Shown piece by piece: positions 52,792 to 64,000 of a stretch of DNA of 64,000 nt. The DNA comes from Paraspadella gotoi (taxonomy: Eukaryota; Animalia; Chaetognatha). The stretch spans positions 7,218,564-7,282,563 of the forward strand of contig CM119270.1 of the NCBI GenBank assembly GCA_051294375.1, given 5' to 3'. Under the pieces are notes generated by a model. It worked only from the letters and a program-made list of their open reading frames with translations, searched no databases and was not told the origin of the DNA. The stretch's first letter is position 1; every line of letters starts with the position of its first letter. The position numbers and the translations under genes are program-made.

Positions 52792-54735
52792 CTGTACAAT
52801 AGACCTCCCCAGTATCAAAAAATTGTCTCCCAAGTCTCACTCGGTTCGGTTTCCCGTTATTTAACAATATTAAATAAGTTTTAACTCAAATCTGGAAAAA
52901 AAAATGTGACCGCGTATCAACCCAATGAAGCGTCAAAGTCAATTAGCGCAATCCTCGTGTTGTAAATTTTTTGTTTCTCAAAAAAATCTAATGATTTTTC
53001 CTTATTGTTAATTTTTATTAAATAATTTGCTACCAATGATTTAAAACTAAATTAATTATTTAAAAAGTATATTTTTTAAAACAGGGCATCTGTATAAACC
53101 GAAGTAAGTAAAAATAACCGGAGGTAAAGGAAAAATAACCGGAAGTAGTATTAAAATAACCTTTCGTAGAAAAAGGTATATATTTAGACCAAGGCAAATA
53201 AAAGAACTAAAACTTAACATTTGAAAAGCTTATGCCTACAATACAGAGAGTAGGGAGATACAGTACAGTAATATATATATATACAATATATATAATACAT
53301 ATAATATAATATATAATATATATAATACATATAAATAATATATAATATATATAATAGATATTAAGTGTAAGATATAACATAAGAATTATGTTAAGAGAAA
53401 CAAAAGTTTTTATTGTTTACAAACAACAATTTCTTTGTTTAAAAAACGGACATGGTTAAATTTTGATTTGTTACGAGATAGACTCTTGGTTGTTTATTAT
53501 TAAATTCGTATTTTGCCGCTTAGGAAGTATCTGATTAAGTATTTTAAATGTAGATCTAGGATTGGTCAGTCCTTTTTCACTGTTCTTACCCAAAGTTATA
53601 AAAGAGACGTACTTACCTAAAGCTGTGAGGATAAATTACCAATGATTCATGACAGTTAGTAAAAATTTAAAATGTTATATTTGCAATTTTATGATTAAGT
53701 TTAAAGTTGACTATTTTTTAATAAGTTTCTCTTTTTATGTTGAGAAATAGACTTGCTACATGATTCACACCTCACGCCCGTTTTATATCTACTACAATAA
53801 ATATTACTAAATTGATATTCTTCAAATTTCTATAAAGAAATAGCAAAGCAGAAAATACTACCTCGTTCACGGCGTTATGGTAAAATCCTCAATAGACATG
53901 TTTCAACTCTGTGGTTGCAAGAGAGAGAGAGAGAGAGAAGAGAGATAATGGTTGTCAACAAAGAACTAAGAAAATAAAGTAAAAGTTTTGAAAGCCAAAA
54001 TGGTGAAAATGAAATTATCAAATTGTGAATAGTTTGAGTTGCCTCACTTTCTGATTGATTTTAAAAATGACGACAAAGGAGGATTTAAAAAATGTTTATT
54101 ACAGTTTAAAATGACCAACAGGGAAGTAAAAGCATTTGATTTGTTTGTAAACAAGCGGAAATAAAACAAAATCTTGGTTAAAAATATGAACTGCCGGACA
54201 GTGATATCAAGTTGATGCTGTTTGGATCAGGGATAAATCTTTTGGGGACAATGCTTAATACTACTCAAATGTCCCATGAGCCCGCTGCACCTGTCAAGAC
54301 CTGACAGTAAGGTGAGCAGTCATCCGTTATTGCTTCTTTTGCAACAGGAGTGACGGACTCCCCTTCCTCTATCCAAAGTATTCTTTTTGAGGGATGCCCG
54401 GATCGTGGAGAGACGAACTAAGTTGCTTCAGTAGGGTTGACCTTATTTTGCTTCCCTTAACTCTGTCTCTTCTCTACTTATCCCCAATCCACTCTCCATT
54501 CTCTGTTCTTTGTTAAAAACCTCTTATCTCTCTCTAGCTCTACTCTAATAAAGACAGCTTCTCAGTGATATGTCAATTTAAACTTAATTCCCATTATTTT
54601 TAATTATTATTTCATTGTGTTATAAACTATCAATTTCGTTGCGTTTTGAAGTTTAGGAGAAAAAAACTATTAAGTTTGTTATTTTATTTCTCTATCACTG
54701 TTATACATTACAAAAAATGTAAAGATTTTCTCTTA

Positions 54736-54776
<41 letters not shown>

Positions 54777-54885
54777 CAAATTTCACCCACTTCTTCCCCT
54801 GATCTTACCTTCACCTGTCCTCATATCTGACCACTGTCCTTTGCTCAATTCTTTTGTTGGAAACTCCCTCTTTTTCTGTCTCTCT

Positions 54886-54916
<31 letters not shown>

Positions 54917-55875
54917 AACCTAATGTTAAAGAGTAAAAATATTGATTGTCATAACTGATGAAGACTCTAAAACTCAAGAGTCGAAACATGTCTTACCAAT
55001 AATACAATTCGTTGATAAAAACAAATAAATTGTTTTTTTCTCCTAAATTATTATTTCCAATTTTTTTAATTATTATTATTACCATTAGTAGAATTAATAT
55101 TATTATTATTATTTTCAATTCTTTTTATTTTTTATTTTTTAAAGAAAAAAAATTAGAATGATGGAGATTTAAGTTCGTCTTTTGATCAAGGAAAAAACTA
55201 AATTTATAAAAATCATTGAGAATTAATATTGTATTTCAGTTCAATTTGCTCTTTATCTAGCAAAAAGGTTAGGAAAAAAATTTTGTGGCATTTCATAAAT
55301 TGCCTATATAAGTAATTTTTTTTACCTGAGGTAAAAAATATTACCTTTAATTTGAATTGATTGAGGATATGACTAAGCTTGCCCAAAACTCATTGCCCAT
55401 TGCTTGAAAAACAAAGATAAAAAATAATTTGTTAGATTATCAGAATAATAAAATATAATAAAAATCTAACTTTTTGTTACATTTAAAATTAATTTCATTA
55501 AAATTGGAACAATAAAAACACTTATAGGCTGAAAAACTTACTTCCGGTTAAGGCCACGCCCCATAATAACAAGATATTTTTTAAATTTTATAAAACAAAA
55601 ATAGGAGAAGACTTCTAGTATTTTTAACTAATATTGGTAAAAAATCATTATGTTATAGCATATTAAACCTCTTTCTTTAAAAATTATTATCATTTTGCGC
55701 TATATTTTTTTGCATCAATACTTGTTTACTTTGACGCTCGATTGGGTTTATTAGCAACAACATTTTTTGCTTAAACAGGCTTTTAAAATGAATTTAAGAT
55801 AAGAAATAATGGGAAACCGGACCGAGTGAGAACTTAGTATGGGGTTTTTTGAGGCTGGGGAACTCTACTGTACAA
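52792..55875. repeat. Inverted pair of diverged interspersed-repeat copies (52792-~53170 and ~55535-55875)
   Basis: tgtaca...ccccag...tctcactcggttcggtttcccgttattt versus aaataatgggaaaccggaccgagtgaga...ctgggg...tgtaca. Both copies carry aaccggaagt motifs. Confidence 0.55.
54952..54995 (+). ncRNA. Minimal type I hammerhead ribozyme motif, Penelope-like type
   Basis: taa-CTGATGA-a-gactct-aaaactca-agagtc-GAAA-CATG-TC-tta. Intact core, 6-bp stem II, palindromic ACATGT helix III, and 3-bp stem I. Confidence 0.8.
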
Positions 55876-57102
55876 TCTAAGTACTCGCTATGAAAACTGT
55901 TGACGGACAACTAATCTGAAATATTATCTAAAGAACTGTAAAACTATTTCATTTCCCATTCATATTGCAGAATTTAGTCAGCAAAACCAAATCCTCAAAC
56001 TTGAGCTATTCTTTGGTAAAGAACCAATAAGAATGGTTGCGTGGAAGACCACGACATAAGGAGTAGGGAGACAGACACATATATTATAAGCCTCAGTTGA
56101 TGATTCCGGACAAATTTTATATGATATTCCCACTATTGAAATTAGTGAAGACTTTTGTTTTTATTTCCTGTTTCCTGTTTCTGTTTTCTAATCTCAAACA
56201 ATGAAAAGAAAGAATACGATATAAGAATTTTATTTCATATCCAGAATGATACAGTAGTATAAAGCAGCAACAAAATAAACCACTATGGTGGACTAAAATC
56301 CAAAAAAAGTCGCCTCACCACACAAATAAAAATAGAATAAAGGAAAACTAATCTATGAGCTCATTTTTATAATTTCATAAATATAAGACAAAACTTCGTC
56401 AAAGTTAATCGTTTCATGAATCGTTCGGTTTAAAACAAGTTTGAGCAAACAATGTCGGATCTGCCTACAATAATAATCAATTAATTAATTAATCAATTAA
56501 TTGATTAATTAATTAATTAATTAATTAATTAATAGATTAATTAATTAATAGATTAATTAATTAATTAATTAATAGATTAATATATAATTTTATATTCAGC
56601 TTGTCATCATCGATGTCCTTAAAATTGAGTCAGGACAGTTATTAAATGTTTTGTTTACATTTTATCAAAACAAACAAATATCCTCTATTATCGAGCCAGG
56701 CGGGCAAAGCCCGTCCTGTCTAGATTTTGATTCGGTTTAGCTTTCGGTCTCGCTTTTTTGCAATCATGGCTTCTGAAAATGTGATATCATAGGGAGTTGA
56801 ATTTTCATATATGGCTTCTAATCATCAAGATCTTTAAAATTCTCATGTTTCTTCATATCAATATTCGTATTTGTTTGTTTTATTTACAAAACAAAAACGT
56901 TTTAATTATATGTCGCCTCTCTCTCTCTCTCTTTTTCTCCATCACTGCTTCTTCTGATTTGTCTAAAAACGAGTCCGGCTCTGCAGCGTCTGTCCAGCTT
57001 CTTTCTCTCTCTCTCTCTCTCTCTCTCTTCTCTTTCTCTCTTCTCTTTTTTTTTACAAAAATTTTTTAGATATAATGTGGGTTCACTAATGTAAAAAAAC
57101 GA

Positions 57103-57170
57103 TGCCGCGAACAGGGCGGGAACCCGGGTCCTTTGGGTAGAGAATAGCTCACGCTACGTGCGGCGCCATA
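57103..57170 (-). pseudogene. Degenerate tRNA-like or SINE-head fragment
   Basis: Minus strand ggacccgggttcccgccctgttcgcggca resembles a T-arm and acceptor, followed by a T-run. No full cloverleaf. Confidence 0.3.
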
Positions 57171-57491
57171 AGTACTGCTGATTCTTTAACGAGTAAAGGG
57201 TGCTTAGAGCTTTCTCTCTCTCTCTCTCTTTTAATTATTATATATCGCTCTTTCTCTTTCTCTTTTTCTCTGCAGCGGCTGTTCTCTCTCTCTCTCTTTT
57301 TTCTCTCTCGTCTCTCTGTCTCTCTGTGTGTGTCTGTCCCTATCTGTCCGATCTCTTGCGTGATCGTTTGTTTTTTGAAAAATTCTGATTATTTTTTTCC
57401 TTCTAAAAACTTTTATTATTGCCATTTATTCCGCGCTTTTTTTCAATACAAAATCCCATATTTTCATCCGAGATTTTCGTGGATTTATTTT

Positions 57492-57527
<36 letters not shown>

Positions 57528-57629
57528 ATCTCTTTCTCTCTCTCTCTCTTTCTTTCTCTCTCTCTCTTTTTCTCTCTCTTCTCTCTCCTCTCTCTCTCTC
57601 TTTCACTCATACACGCATTTGTTTTTTAT

Positions 57630-57850
57630 TGACTATCATCGCATCAATGAATGACAATCATCGCATCAATGAATGACAATCATCGCATCACTGAATGTAT
57701 CATCATCACAGCAGTGAATGACTATCATCGCATCAATAATTGATTATCATCGAATCAATAATCAATTCCTATTACATCAATAAATTACTATTACATCAAT
57801 CAATTAGTATTACCTCAATCAATTACTAGTACATCAACAATTCGTTATCG
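57630..57850. repeat. 22-bp minisatellite, decaying rightwards
   Basis: Unit tgac(t/a)atcatcgcatcaatgaa at 57630, 57652, 57674 and onward. Confidence 0.8.
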
Positions 57851-58109
57851 CATGATTATTCGTTTTTTCCCGGGTTTTTCATTAATTTCTTATGATAGTG
57901 GGCTCTGGCTCGATCTTGAGTCTTTTTAAGATTTTTTTTATTTTATGTCTCCTTCTCTCTCTCTCTCTCTCCACTCTCTCTCTTCTCTCTCACTCTCTCC
58001 TCTCTTCTCTCACTCTCTCTTTCCTCTCTCCCTCTCTCTCTTTTTTATGCAATAGCGACGATCCTTTTAAGTTTTTTAACTTGCTCATTTTTTAACTTTC
58101 ATAATTTTT

Positions 58110-59273
58110 TCAACTTGCATTCCGTTCAAAACTTTATATCTAGCTTCTTCACTCACTTTCCTACCGGCTCACAAAATTTCATCTCAATCTATCATGGGTT
58201 AAAATAAATAAAAAGATTCAAGTAAATGTTGACTCATATTTTTTTCATTTAAACTCATTTCCACTGGTACGTTTCCACTGAAACTTTATATCAAGCTTCG
58301 TCATACGTTTTCCTACCCCACACAAAATTTCAACTCAATCTATCCATCCAATTATGATTAATTGGAGTATTTATTGGTTAAAATAAGTAAAAAGATTTTA
58401 GTAAATTCTGACTTATGTTTTTATTTAAACTAATTTCCACTCACACGATTCCATCGAAATTTTATATCCAGCTTTATCACACACTTTCCTACCCACACAC
58501 AAAATTTAATTCCAATCCAACCAGCCAATCACGAGTTATTGGAGCTTTTGCTAAAGGACGATTGGACGGATTGATTGACTAATTAATTAATTATTGATTA
58601 ATTTATTACTAATGATTAATTAACTGATATAATTATTTTGATTTATTAATACATCCTGCAGATACATTTAATATAAAAGGAAAAAGAAGCATAATCAATT
58701 AGTAAAACAGGTTTTTTGTTTTTTCCATTTAAACTCATCCACTCAAACTATTCCATCGAAACTTGATTTCCTGTTCAATCACACACTTTCCTACCCACAT
58801 ACAAAATTCCAGGTCAATCACCCATCCACTCATGAGCAATTGGTGTTCAAATAGTGAATATATTTTTTTTGTTTTTTTTTCCATTTAAACTCATTTCCAC
58901 TCGGACGATTCCATCGAAACTTATTATCCAGCTCAATCACAACTTACCTATCCACACACAAAATTTCATTTAAATCCATCCATCCAATCACGAGTAATTG
59001 GTGTTTTTTGCTAAGGTGGGACGGACGGACGGACGGACACGGACACGGACGGACGGACGGACGGACGACGGACGGACGGACGGACGGACGGACAGACAGA
59101 GACGGACGGACATCATTTTTTTTGCATAATTTATCATAATTCGATGTTCTGACATGATATAAGTGTGTGTGCCCGACAATATTGAGGGGGCGGACCGACG
59201 GACCGAAAAAGTGAGTTATAAAAAGTGAGTTATAGAGTCGGGATCTGTGCTGATAAGCAGATCCGACTAAAAA
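58110..59273. mobile_element. Helentron-associated (HINE-like) element with internal ~150-170-bp tandem repeats
   Basis: About 5 copies of tttaaactcatttccact...ttccatcgaaact...ctttcctacccacacacaaaattt, then (GGAC)n at 59019-59110, then gaccgaaaaagtgagttata...gagtcgggatctg-loop-cagatccgactaaaaa. Confidence 0.7.
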
Positions 59274-59281
59274 TGTAATTG

Positions 59282-60014
59282 TATGGCAACGGAGGATAGC
59301 CTGTGATACCCGGGGCGCGGCGTATCTCACCAACTGGCATAGGCGCTGCGGACCCTCAGTGACCGCCTCCTGTCACTGGCATGTTTATACCGCACCGTCA
59401 CATTTAAGCCAGAACCGGGATACCCAGGGATTGAACCCGGGACGCACGGATGGAATGAGATGATTTAGACTGCTCAGCCATTGAGACGAGGCTGGAGGAC
59501 GGACAGCAGTGAGGCAGCTTTTAAGTCTTGCTGCCACAGGATCCCCCCACCAGACTTCTCCACAGGGGCTCCAATCCTGAGGAGATGTCTGAGAGAAGGT
59601 TTTGATCATTGCCTATAGTGAGAGCGAGCGGCCGCGAGCGAGCGAGTCTGGAGCATTACCAGAGAAGTAGGGCATAGGCGTGATATGCATACCCTAAGCG
59701 ACGTAAGCGTGGGCGCACGGTGCGCAGCGGTTGCGTGTTCGAGAGTAGGGCTCACCACTTATGGCAACGGGAGGATTGCCTGTGATACCGGGGGCACGGG
59801 GTATCTCACCAACTGGCATAGGGGCTGCGGACCCTCAGTGACGCCTCCTGTCACTGGCATGTTTATACCGGCACCGTCACATTTAAGCCAGAACCGGGAT
59901 ACCCAGGGATTGAACCCGACGCACGGATGGAATGAGATGATTTAGCCTGCTCAGCCATTGAGACGAGGCTGAGGACGGACAGCAGTGAGGCAGCTTTTAA
60001 GTCTTGCTGCCACA
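59282..60014 (-). mobile_element. Complete TRIM (miniature non-autonomous LTR retrotransposon) with a tRNA-like Pol III promoter in each LTR
   Basis: LTRs at 59760-60014 and 59282-59538. Minus-strand termini are TGTGGCA...TGCCATA. ATTG flanks both sides (59278-59281 and 60015-60018). PBS-like TGGTGAGCCC at 59757, PPT GGTGGGGGGA at 59551-59542, A box TGGCTGAGCAGTCTAA, B box GGTTCAATCCC. Confidence 0.82.
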
Positions 60015-60826
60015 ATTGAATGATAAATGATACTTAAACAATCCTTGTTCTAACTATTAATACAGCAATGCTGTTAAAACGACTCCTGCCACCGCACCAA
60101 AAAGAATCACAGCTGCTCTTCATAAACGCTTCTGAAAGATTGAGCACAGCCTACGCCATTGATATTTTGGTTGAATGTCATATGGGTCACCCCCTTTAAA
60201 ACGCCCCTCTTAGCACAGTTTAGGGGAATTAGATGTGGATATTATCAAGCCCGAAAATAATTCAGTCAAAAATTAAAATGTTGCTGCAGTTGCAATTTTT
60301 ATTTTTTCAGCTGTATTCAACAATGCCCTTTGTTACAGCCATGCATAATAACCCCAAGATTATTGGCTCTTTATACATGTTCCAAAAATCATGTACTTTT
60401 TTTTTAAATTAAAAGAAAAATCAAATTTCTTCCCAAAGTCAACACTAATGTCAATCATTCTCTGCATATCTCCTAAGGTGGGTGATGTCAGGACTCTGTC
60501 ATCAGCATAAAAAATGTAACCAACAAATATATTTATGAAATGACAACTAATATCAGATTTTCTTGAATCAAGATTAAATCAAAAGTTTGGACTAAGAATT
60601 ACTCCTTGACGAACCACAGTTTTTACATGAAAAATTTCACTGCAAAAATCCTGCCACTTACATTTAGTGTAAAGATTTGAATACAAATATACAATAAGTC
60701 TTAAAAATCAAAGAAGAACATTTCTTTCAATTAGCTTTAATTACCCATGATGAGTAACTTTATCAAATCCTTTACTAAAGTCCATAAAAGTGGATATATC
60801 AGGTTAAAATAAGAATGTAAATGACC

Positions 60827-62420
60827 TTAAAAGGGATGTTCAAAATCGGCCAAGGAATTCGCCAAACCAGACGCTTTCATCAGGGCGTCGAGCTTCTTCA
60901 AATCCCGCGGCAACAACTGCGTGTTATGCGCTGACATCCGAGTCCGGCTGTAACGACTCTGCTGCTGAGAGTCCCTTTTCTCTGTCGACTTGAGCGCTGT
61001 CACCGACGCAGCCTTCAGTCCCAAAAACGGCAACACCTCCTCGTCCCAAATTCTCGGAGAGGCGATCAGATCCTCGTAGCGAATCGGGCGGATCTTGGCG
61101 GCGTATTTGGGCATTCTCAACAGTTCTTTCAGCGTCAAGAGAGGCACGAGGTAATAGCAGAAGAAGTGCGCCTCCAAAGAGACCGTCGTCGTGGGAATCG
61201 ATTTCTCGCCCTGCAGCGTCGTCAGAATCTTGTCGCGGACGAGGAACTGGACGGAATCGACCCACCCGAATCTCCTCGCCCACTCCACCCTTCCCACCAC
61301 CCCCATCAATCCCCACCGCATCATCGGCGCCCATCCCGTCCCCAGTCGCGCCCCGCACAATTCCACGCAGAACCGGTTGAAGATGGGCGTCTCGTCGGCG
61401 AATCCGAAGGCGTCCATCGCGTTGGTGGTGAAGATGCGTAAGCTGGAGATCATCGAGGGAATCGGCTTCCTGTACCCGAAGACGTAGGAGCAGCGGAAAG
61501 GGAGTTGGTCCTCGAGATCGATCGCGTCCTTGATCAACCAAGGAGTGAAGACAGGCGACTTGAGGCCGACAACGTCGACGCCGGGGAGTCGATAGAGATG
61601 TTTGAAGGCGAAGAAGAGGACGTGCTTGAGCAAGGGTGGTCGCGACTCGCCCGCCGCGAAGGCCCAAGCGTAGAGGTTAACGAAGACGTTGTGGTCGTTC
61701 CACACGACGGCGTTGGGGAGGCGCTCGAGATGTTGGAGGATGAAGGAGGCGCCGCTGCGCGGGTTGGAGGACATCACGACCGCCGTCTTAGTCGCGATTT
61801 TTTTTGATTGATGAATTTTGACGTCGTCGTTTTCGTCGTCGCGAGCCAAACTCTCCAACTCTTCCTCTGCAAGACGGCGAAACCGTCGAATTGGGATAAC
61901 GGCGAACTCCACCGTCAGGCGAGGGACGTCGAAACAGGCGAAAGGAGCGGATCGAGAGTCGAAAACGTTCTCATCTGGAAGAGAGTGTAGCACAAATAGC
62001 GTGGAGGCATATATTAAATTAAATTAAATGATTATTATTTTATTCCATCTCGTCTGCTTTGAATCATCGACTTAAAAAAAAATCGGGACCACCACACTGA
62101 CCTCTTCCTGTCCGCACGAACGTCGCGCCCTCTTCCGACACGTACATCAGGTGCACGTGCGGATCTAGCCAGGCGAAGGCGCGAGCATCCTCGAATCTGG
62201 CGTGAGCGTGGATGACGTCGTCGAAGGGGTCGCCGACGCGCTGGCGCAGTTTGTGCCGCCAAAGGACGCGGCGCACCTCAACGCGGTCGTCGAGAAGGGA
62301 GCCGTCAGAAAAATACGCCCATATTCGGCGCCAGAGAAGAAAAAGTTTTAGGATCGGGAGGAAAACGAAGAAGTGAAATAAAACGCGGAAGATGACGGAC
62401 CAAGAATAACAGGCTGACAT
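60827..62420 (-). CDS. Membrane-anchored PAPS-dependent sulfotransferase-like (P-loop fold) protein, ~488 aa
   Basis: Exons 62102-62420 and 60827-61974 with a phase-1 GT-AG junction. N-terminal TM anchor, 5'-PSB-like SNPRSGAS, 3'-PB-like YRKPIPSMISS, and IRYEDL. Confidence 0.82.
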
Positions 62421-62999
62421 GGCGCTGATTTGACGACGAAAAAATATGCTTTTTTTAGTATTTATTTGATATTTTTTTTTTTATGGCACGGCGTTCGTAT
62501 CCAGTAACTATAAGCTACTTTGATGGCATTTAAACTGTTGGCTCGATAAGAATTTCAAAGGCCAAGATTTAAGGGAGACTGGAAAAAGCAAAATCTTGTG
62601 ACCGATATGCGATTCAGTTTGAAAACAGTTTTTAGGTCCCCAACAATTCCCGTTCACCCGCCCCCCTTCTCCCCCCCTCGCTCAACCGAATCAAATCGAG
62701 TTAATTAAGTTAATTGAGTTAATTGAGCCTAACTTAGTAAAGTGGTTAAGAAATTTGAATTAAGCACCTGCTCAAACGAAAATTTAGACATTTTTTAAAA
62801 AATTTGAATAGACAAAAAATTTTAATATCACTCCATACTCCATATATTACTTTTTTAATATTTATTTATAAATAGGAAAGGCTAAAATTTTACAAGCGAT
62901 ACAAATTACAAGCGACGAGAAAATCATCGGATTCTGATTCGCTGATTCCTCGTCGAATTCACTCGTCAACTACGTCGAGCGCGACTTTATGAGCCTCTC

Positions 63000-63054
63000 A
63001 TTGGTCCGTTTCTCGTATCTGATTGGTTGGCGAAAGAAAGGCCTCGCCACGTCA
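63000..63054 (-). promoter_or_regulatory. Candidate promoter elements upstream of the sulfotransferase-like gene: two CCAAT boxes and TGACGTGG
   Basis: attgg at 63000 and 63022, ccacgtca at 63047-63054, ~600 bp upstream of the ATG. Motif match only. Confidence 0.3.
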
Positions 63055-63418
63055 TATTTGGTTTCTTTTAGCCAGTTTTGAGTAACTTATCATTCGCGAA
63101 GAACCAGTTACAAAAAATCTTAAAATCTGAAAAGTATAATGATCTCGCCAGACATTACATCAAAGAAAATTAATTTGCATATTACAGTAAATCATAATGA
63201 ACTGGAAATTCAACCAAAAAAATATTTGAATCGATATGAAACAAACAATGGACACACATTTCAACTTCCTCACTACCTCACTAATGGAACTTGATAACTA
63301 GATACAATAGCTGAACTCATTTTTTTTAATAAAAAAAATATATAATTTAAAGAAAGATAAAAAAATGTTTCAATTATTTACAATTAAAAATTTGTACAAT
63401 TTTTTTCAAATAAAAGTT

Positions 63419-63625
63419 GATGCGATAATCCTTTCTTTTCGTTGTTTTTAATTTTTTAGAAAGCAAAGTATTTTTTAAATTATTACAACGATTTTTTTAT
63501 TTTTTATTAAGAGACGGACATGTCAAATGCTGATGAAGGCTTGAAATCAACAAGCCGAAACATGTCCGTCTCTTAATAAAAAATAAAAAAATCGTTGTAA
63601 TAATTTAAAAAATACTATGCTTTCT
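63419..63625 (+). mobile_element. Short Penelope-like insertion: hammerhead ribozyme inside a 66-bp inverted repeat, with candidate TSD
   Basis: Arms 63458-63523 and 63560-63625 differ by one mismatch by eye. Direct repeat caaataaaagtt at 63407-63418 and 63626-63637. Confidence 0.7.
63527..63569 (+). ncRNA. Minimal hammerhead ribozyme motif, Penelope-like type
   Basis: CTGATGA-a-ggcttg-aaatcaa-caagcc-GAAA-CATG-TC. Intact core and 6-bp stem II. Confidence 0.82.
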
Positions 63626-64000
63626 CAAATAAAAGTTATAAAAGTATGTATTTTTATTCATATTAAAATTTATATATAGCTTCCCATCCAAAAGGTTTTT
63701 TAAAATCACATGTTTCATATTGATTCAAATATTTTTTTGTATGAATTTTCTTTTCAATATGATTTACTGCAAAATGCAAATTAGATTATTGTATTCTATA
63801 TACTAATTTTTATATTTTTAAAAGTAATTTGCATATTGCAGTAAATCATAATGAGAAAGAGAATTCAAACAAAAAATATTTGAATCCATATTTTAAAGAT
63901 GAGAAGCCATATCTAAACTTTTAACTTATTATGATCGCACACTTTTATGAAAATCCATTGTAATTTGTAGTAGTTTTTATTTTTAAAAAAATTGTAAGCC

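Noticed and set aside
56690-56722. Helitron 3' end (cgggcaaagcccg hairpin plus CTAG)
   Set aside because: CTAG is followed by A rather than T, and no matching 5' end or second copy was seen.
59420-59490. Functional tRNA gene
   Set aside because: A and B boxes are present, but I could not fold an acceptor or anticodon stem. The sequence is part of an LTR.

Overview
This is eukaryotic DNA from an invertebrate animal, not a prokaryote. GC-rich exons sit in AT-rich, microsatellite-laden introns, so most entries in the ORF track are microsatellite or antisense artefacts. By tracing GT-AG sites and codon phase by eye I built eight spliced gene models: (1) the 3' end of an unidentified Ala/Pro/Gln-rich protein, (2) a type II membrane coiled-coil protein, (3) a GPI-anchored Ly6/three-finger protein, (4) a Tctex1-domain dynein light chain, (5) an XK-related membrane protein, (6) a 14-exon, ~868-aa CD34/podocalyxin-like sialomucin ending in EDTRL, (7) a low-complexity protein ending in GTPV, and (8) a membrane-anchored sulfotransferase-like protein. 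A 4.3-kb duplication around a 25-N gap is probably an assembly artefact. The most interesting non-coding signals are a complete ~730-bp miniature LTR retrotransposon whose LTRs carry a tRNA-type Pol III promoter, plus a related solo LTR; a dispersed family of Penelope-type minimal hammerhead ribozymes, one inside a 66-bp fold-back with a candidate TSD; Helentron/HINE-like repeats; and two candidate microexons (3 nt and 6 nt). No searches or computations were run, and family assignments rest on recalled motifs.
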